DNA from: Amoebidium appalachense | Lineage: Eukaryota; Protista; Ichthyosporea | Reading direction: 5' to 3' | DNA: 64,000 bases | Assembly (NCBI GenBank): GCA_963693365.1 | Contig: CAVNZM010000013.1 | Span: 7,360,982 to 7,424,981, forward strand | Shown: piece after piece, positions 61,726 to 64,000 of the stretch | Position numbering within the stretch: position 1 is the first letter of the stretch | Layout of the letters: each line of letters opens with the position of its first letter | Notes under the pieces: generated by a model | Told to the model about the DNA's origin: nothing | Database searches by the model: none | Seen by the model: only the letters and a program-made list of their open reading frames with translations | Translations under genes and position numbers: made by a program

Positions 61726-61906
61726 CAGAAAAAAAAGATGCCTACATGCTATGATCCATAAGATGCTCGTTAACATAAATACAGAAACCGTAAGGTGCTA
61801 CCAGTATCAACAGTCATATATTAAAATACATCAGCCAGCCCCTGTGGCCATACCCAGCCCCTGACACATACAACAAAATCAAAACACACCCCTCACCACT
61901 CCCAAC

Positions 61907-63196
61907 CTAATCTTGTTCGTCTTCATCACTGTCCCCGTGAATAACATGTATATCTGAAACTTGCTTTGCTCGTGTCCTGCCACTGCGGGCAGGGGCTGGT
62001 TTCTGACTCGGTTTTGGTTTCTTTGCTCGACCACTTTCTTTCCCTTTCTTCCCCTCGACCTTCTCGCCCATACCCATCATGTCCTCCAATTCCTCATCTA
62101 TTGCCATCTCAAATGCCGTCTCTTCCTGGCGGTGCCGTTTGTACACACCGAAAGAAATATCTGACACTCCTCTCTTTGAACCCTGGGAATATGCAGAGGG
62201 GTTCGACATCATGGAGGCACCAAAAGTGCGGGATTGGGAAAAAGGTGCAGGAGTGCTGGTAACGGTGGTGAGGGACGGATTGAAGGGGGGTACGGGCATG
62301 ACAGAGGCTAAACCGGGTGGGGGGAGGGCGAGAATGGGCAGGGGGAGGTTGAGGGGGGTTTTGGGCTGAGTGGTACCGGGCGGGGGGAGGGGTGGGGGTG
62401 GGATTTTGATTGGTCGTACCAGGGGGGGAGGGGGGGGGCGAGACCGTGTTGGACGGTAATGTCGGGGAGGGGCTGGGGGTCATTCCACCCACGAAGTTTC
62501 TGTGTGCTCTCGTCGATTGTTCTACGGTATGATTCCCTCATGGTCGCAATGTGTGACTGAAGCTTGGTAATCTCGGCCCGGTATCTTTCCCCTTCAGCCT
62601 GATGCTCCAGGATATCGGCCACCTTTCCAACAAGCTGCCCTTCGAGGTCCCGATTCTTTGCCGATAACACCTGTTCCTTTGCATCTGCAAAGTGTTTTTG
62701 TTTGGCCGCCGCCGATTTTAGCTCGGCAATTTCCCCCTTAAGGATTTGGATGTCGTGATCCTTCGTTTGTAATTCTTTCTCTGCGGCTTCCAGCTTCTCC
62801 TGCAATTCGGTGGTTGGGGTGGTGACAGCGGGTGCAGTGGCCGCAGTACCGACCTTTGCCAATGCAGAGGCAATGGCACTGTCTACTTTCGACTGCAACA
62901 CAGTCTCCAAGTACTCTTCGAACATTTTTGGATCGACGGGAGCAGTGTCGCCGGAGTGTGGGGGGGGGTTGGATGGGGGGGGGACTTCGCCGCCGGAGTG
63001 TGGGGGGGGGTTGGATGGGGGGGGGACTTCGCCGCCGGAGTGTGGGGGGGGGTTGGATGGGGGGGGGGACTTCGCCGCCGGAGTGTGGGGGGGGGGGGTT
63101 GGATGGGGGGGGGACTTCCGATGTGACGGGGTCGGCGGACTTGCTGATGTTGGTTTCGTATGACCCCGACCCGGGAGTTTGCTGGGAATAATCCAT
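61907..63196 (-). CDS. Intronless ~430-aa Pro-repeat/coiled-coil protein, split in the assembly by two apparent homopolymer frameshifts
   Basis: ATG 63196 (MDYSQQTPGSG...), about four 42-nt repeats encoding EVPPPSNPPPHSGG, a coiled coil (ELQEKLEAAEKELQTKDHDIQILKGEIAELK...), a Pro-rich linker, then a basic/acidic tail ending DSDEDEQD*. ORFs 62738-63325, 62308-62925 and 61907-62299 join at G-runs near 63060 and 62320. Confidence 0.65.
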
Positions 63197-63249
63197 CGTG
63201 ACAGTTTTCACAAAAAAAAGGATAAACAAAGGGAAAAAAAGAAAGGAAG

Positions 63250-63530
63250 TCTTACGTTTCTCTGCGCAAACACAGTCGTGTGCAAACCCAGTCGTGAACA
63301 AGGGAAAAAGGAAAAAAAAAAACAAGGGAAAAAGGAAAAAAAAAAGAAAGTGCTACGAATACGATTCTCTGTTGTGAACAAAGGAAAAAGTAAAAAAAAA
63401 GAGTGTTACGTTTCTCTGCGCAAACACAGTCCTGTGCAAACCCAGTCGTGAACAAGAGAGAAAAAAAAAAAAAGAGAGTGTTACGTTTCTCTAGGCAAAC
63501 ACCGTCGTGTGCAAACACAGCCATGAACAA
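63250..63530. repeat. Three diverged ~50-bp repeats separated by A-rich spacers upstream of the coiled-coil gene
   Basis: TTACGTTTCTCTGCGCAAACACAGTCGTGTGCAAACCCAGTCGTGAACAA-like units at ~63251, ~63406 and ~63481. Confidence 0.8.
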
Positions 63531-64000
63531 AAGAATCAGAAAAGTAGAAAATGACAGCGCTGTGAACTGATATAAAAAAACCGCCATCAATAATTTATAT
63601 GAAGCCATTGCGCAAAATACGATCTTATGTTACGAGAATCAAGCATAAGAAAAACAGAACTTTTTGGCGCTGTTAGTGAATATATCTCTAATCGTGTTTG
63701 GTTCACAGGTAAACTGTATAAAAAAGGTGAATATACGAAATAAAAATATAATATACAGGAAAAAACGAGCGCTAGTTTAAAACATCGAAGGATATACGCT
63801 TTCACAACATCTTATTCGCGGACCTTTTTACGTGCAAGCGGTTTGATTGGTGCATAGGGGTTGGTTCTTGCCCCACGTGATTCGCGGCGCTGATGCTCAG
63901 GGTATTCTGATTGACCGAAATCGAAGCATCGGATTCAAATTGGGCAAATACAAAACGCTTTCCAACCAAAATCCCAAGCGCATGGTTGTTTATTTATAGA

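Overview
Eukaryotic genomic DNA, probably a non-animal opisthokont or other protist (inferred from gene content, not proven). It is saturated with (CA/GT)n, (CT/GA)n and poly-C/poly-G tracts, so most ORFs in the track are microsatellite artefacts. Splicing exons by hand recovers the following. (1) A four-exon minus-strand type II membrane glycosyltransferase of the putative rhamnosyl-transferase type (9349->4360). (2) A convergent pair of intronless CE4/NodB polysaccharide deacetylase paralogues (12739-13884 + and 16413-17560 -); the second has a 1-nt frameshift after its membrane anchor. (3) A decayed, 5'-truncated non-LTR retrotransposon (19921-21732 -) plus three short copies of its 3' end stacked at 10570-11271, two of which form an inverted pair. 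(4) A tRNA-headed, highly structured SINE-like element inside a (GT)n tract (1521-2295). (5) A ~34 kb multi-exon gene that I read as the meiotic crossover factor SHOC1/Zip2 (about 22202-55928 +). (6) An abrupt switch after 56 kb to an intronless island: a C2H2 zinc-finger gene, a Cys/His-motif protein, a small two-TM protein and a coiled-coil protein, interleaved with several tandem arrays. The island may be the edge of a large mobile or endogenous viral element. All homology calls come from motif recognition and recalled sequences; no database search was run.
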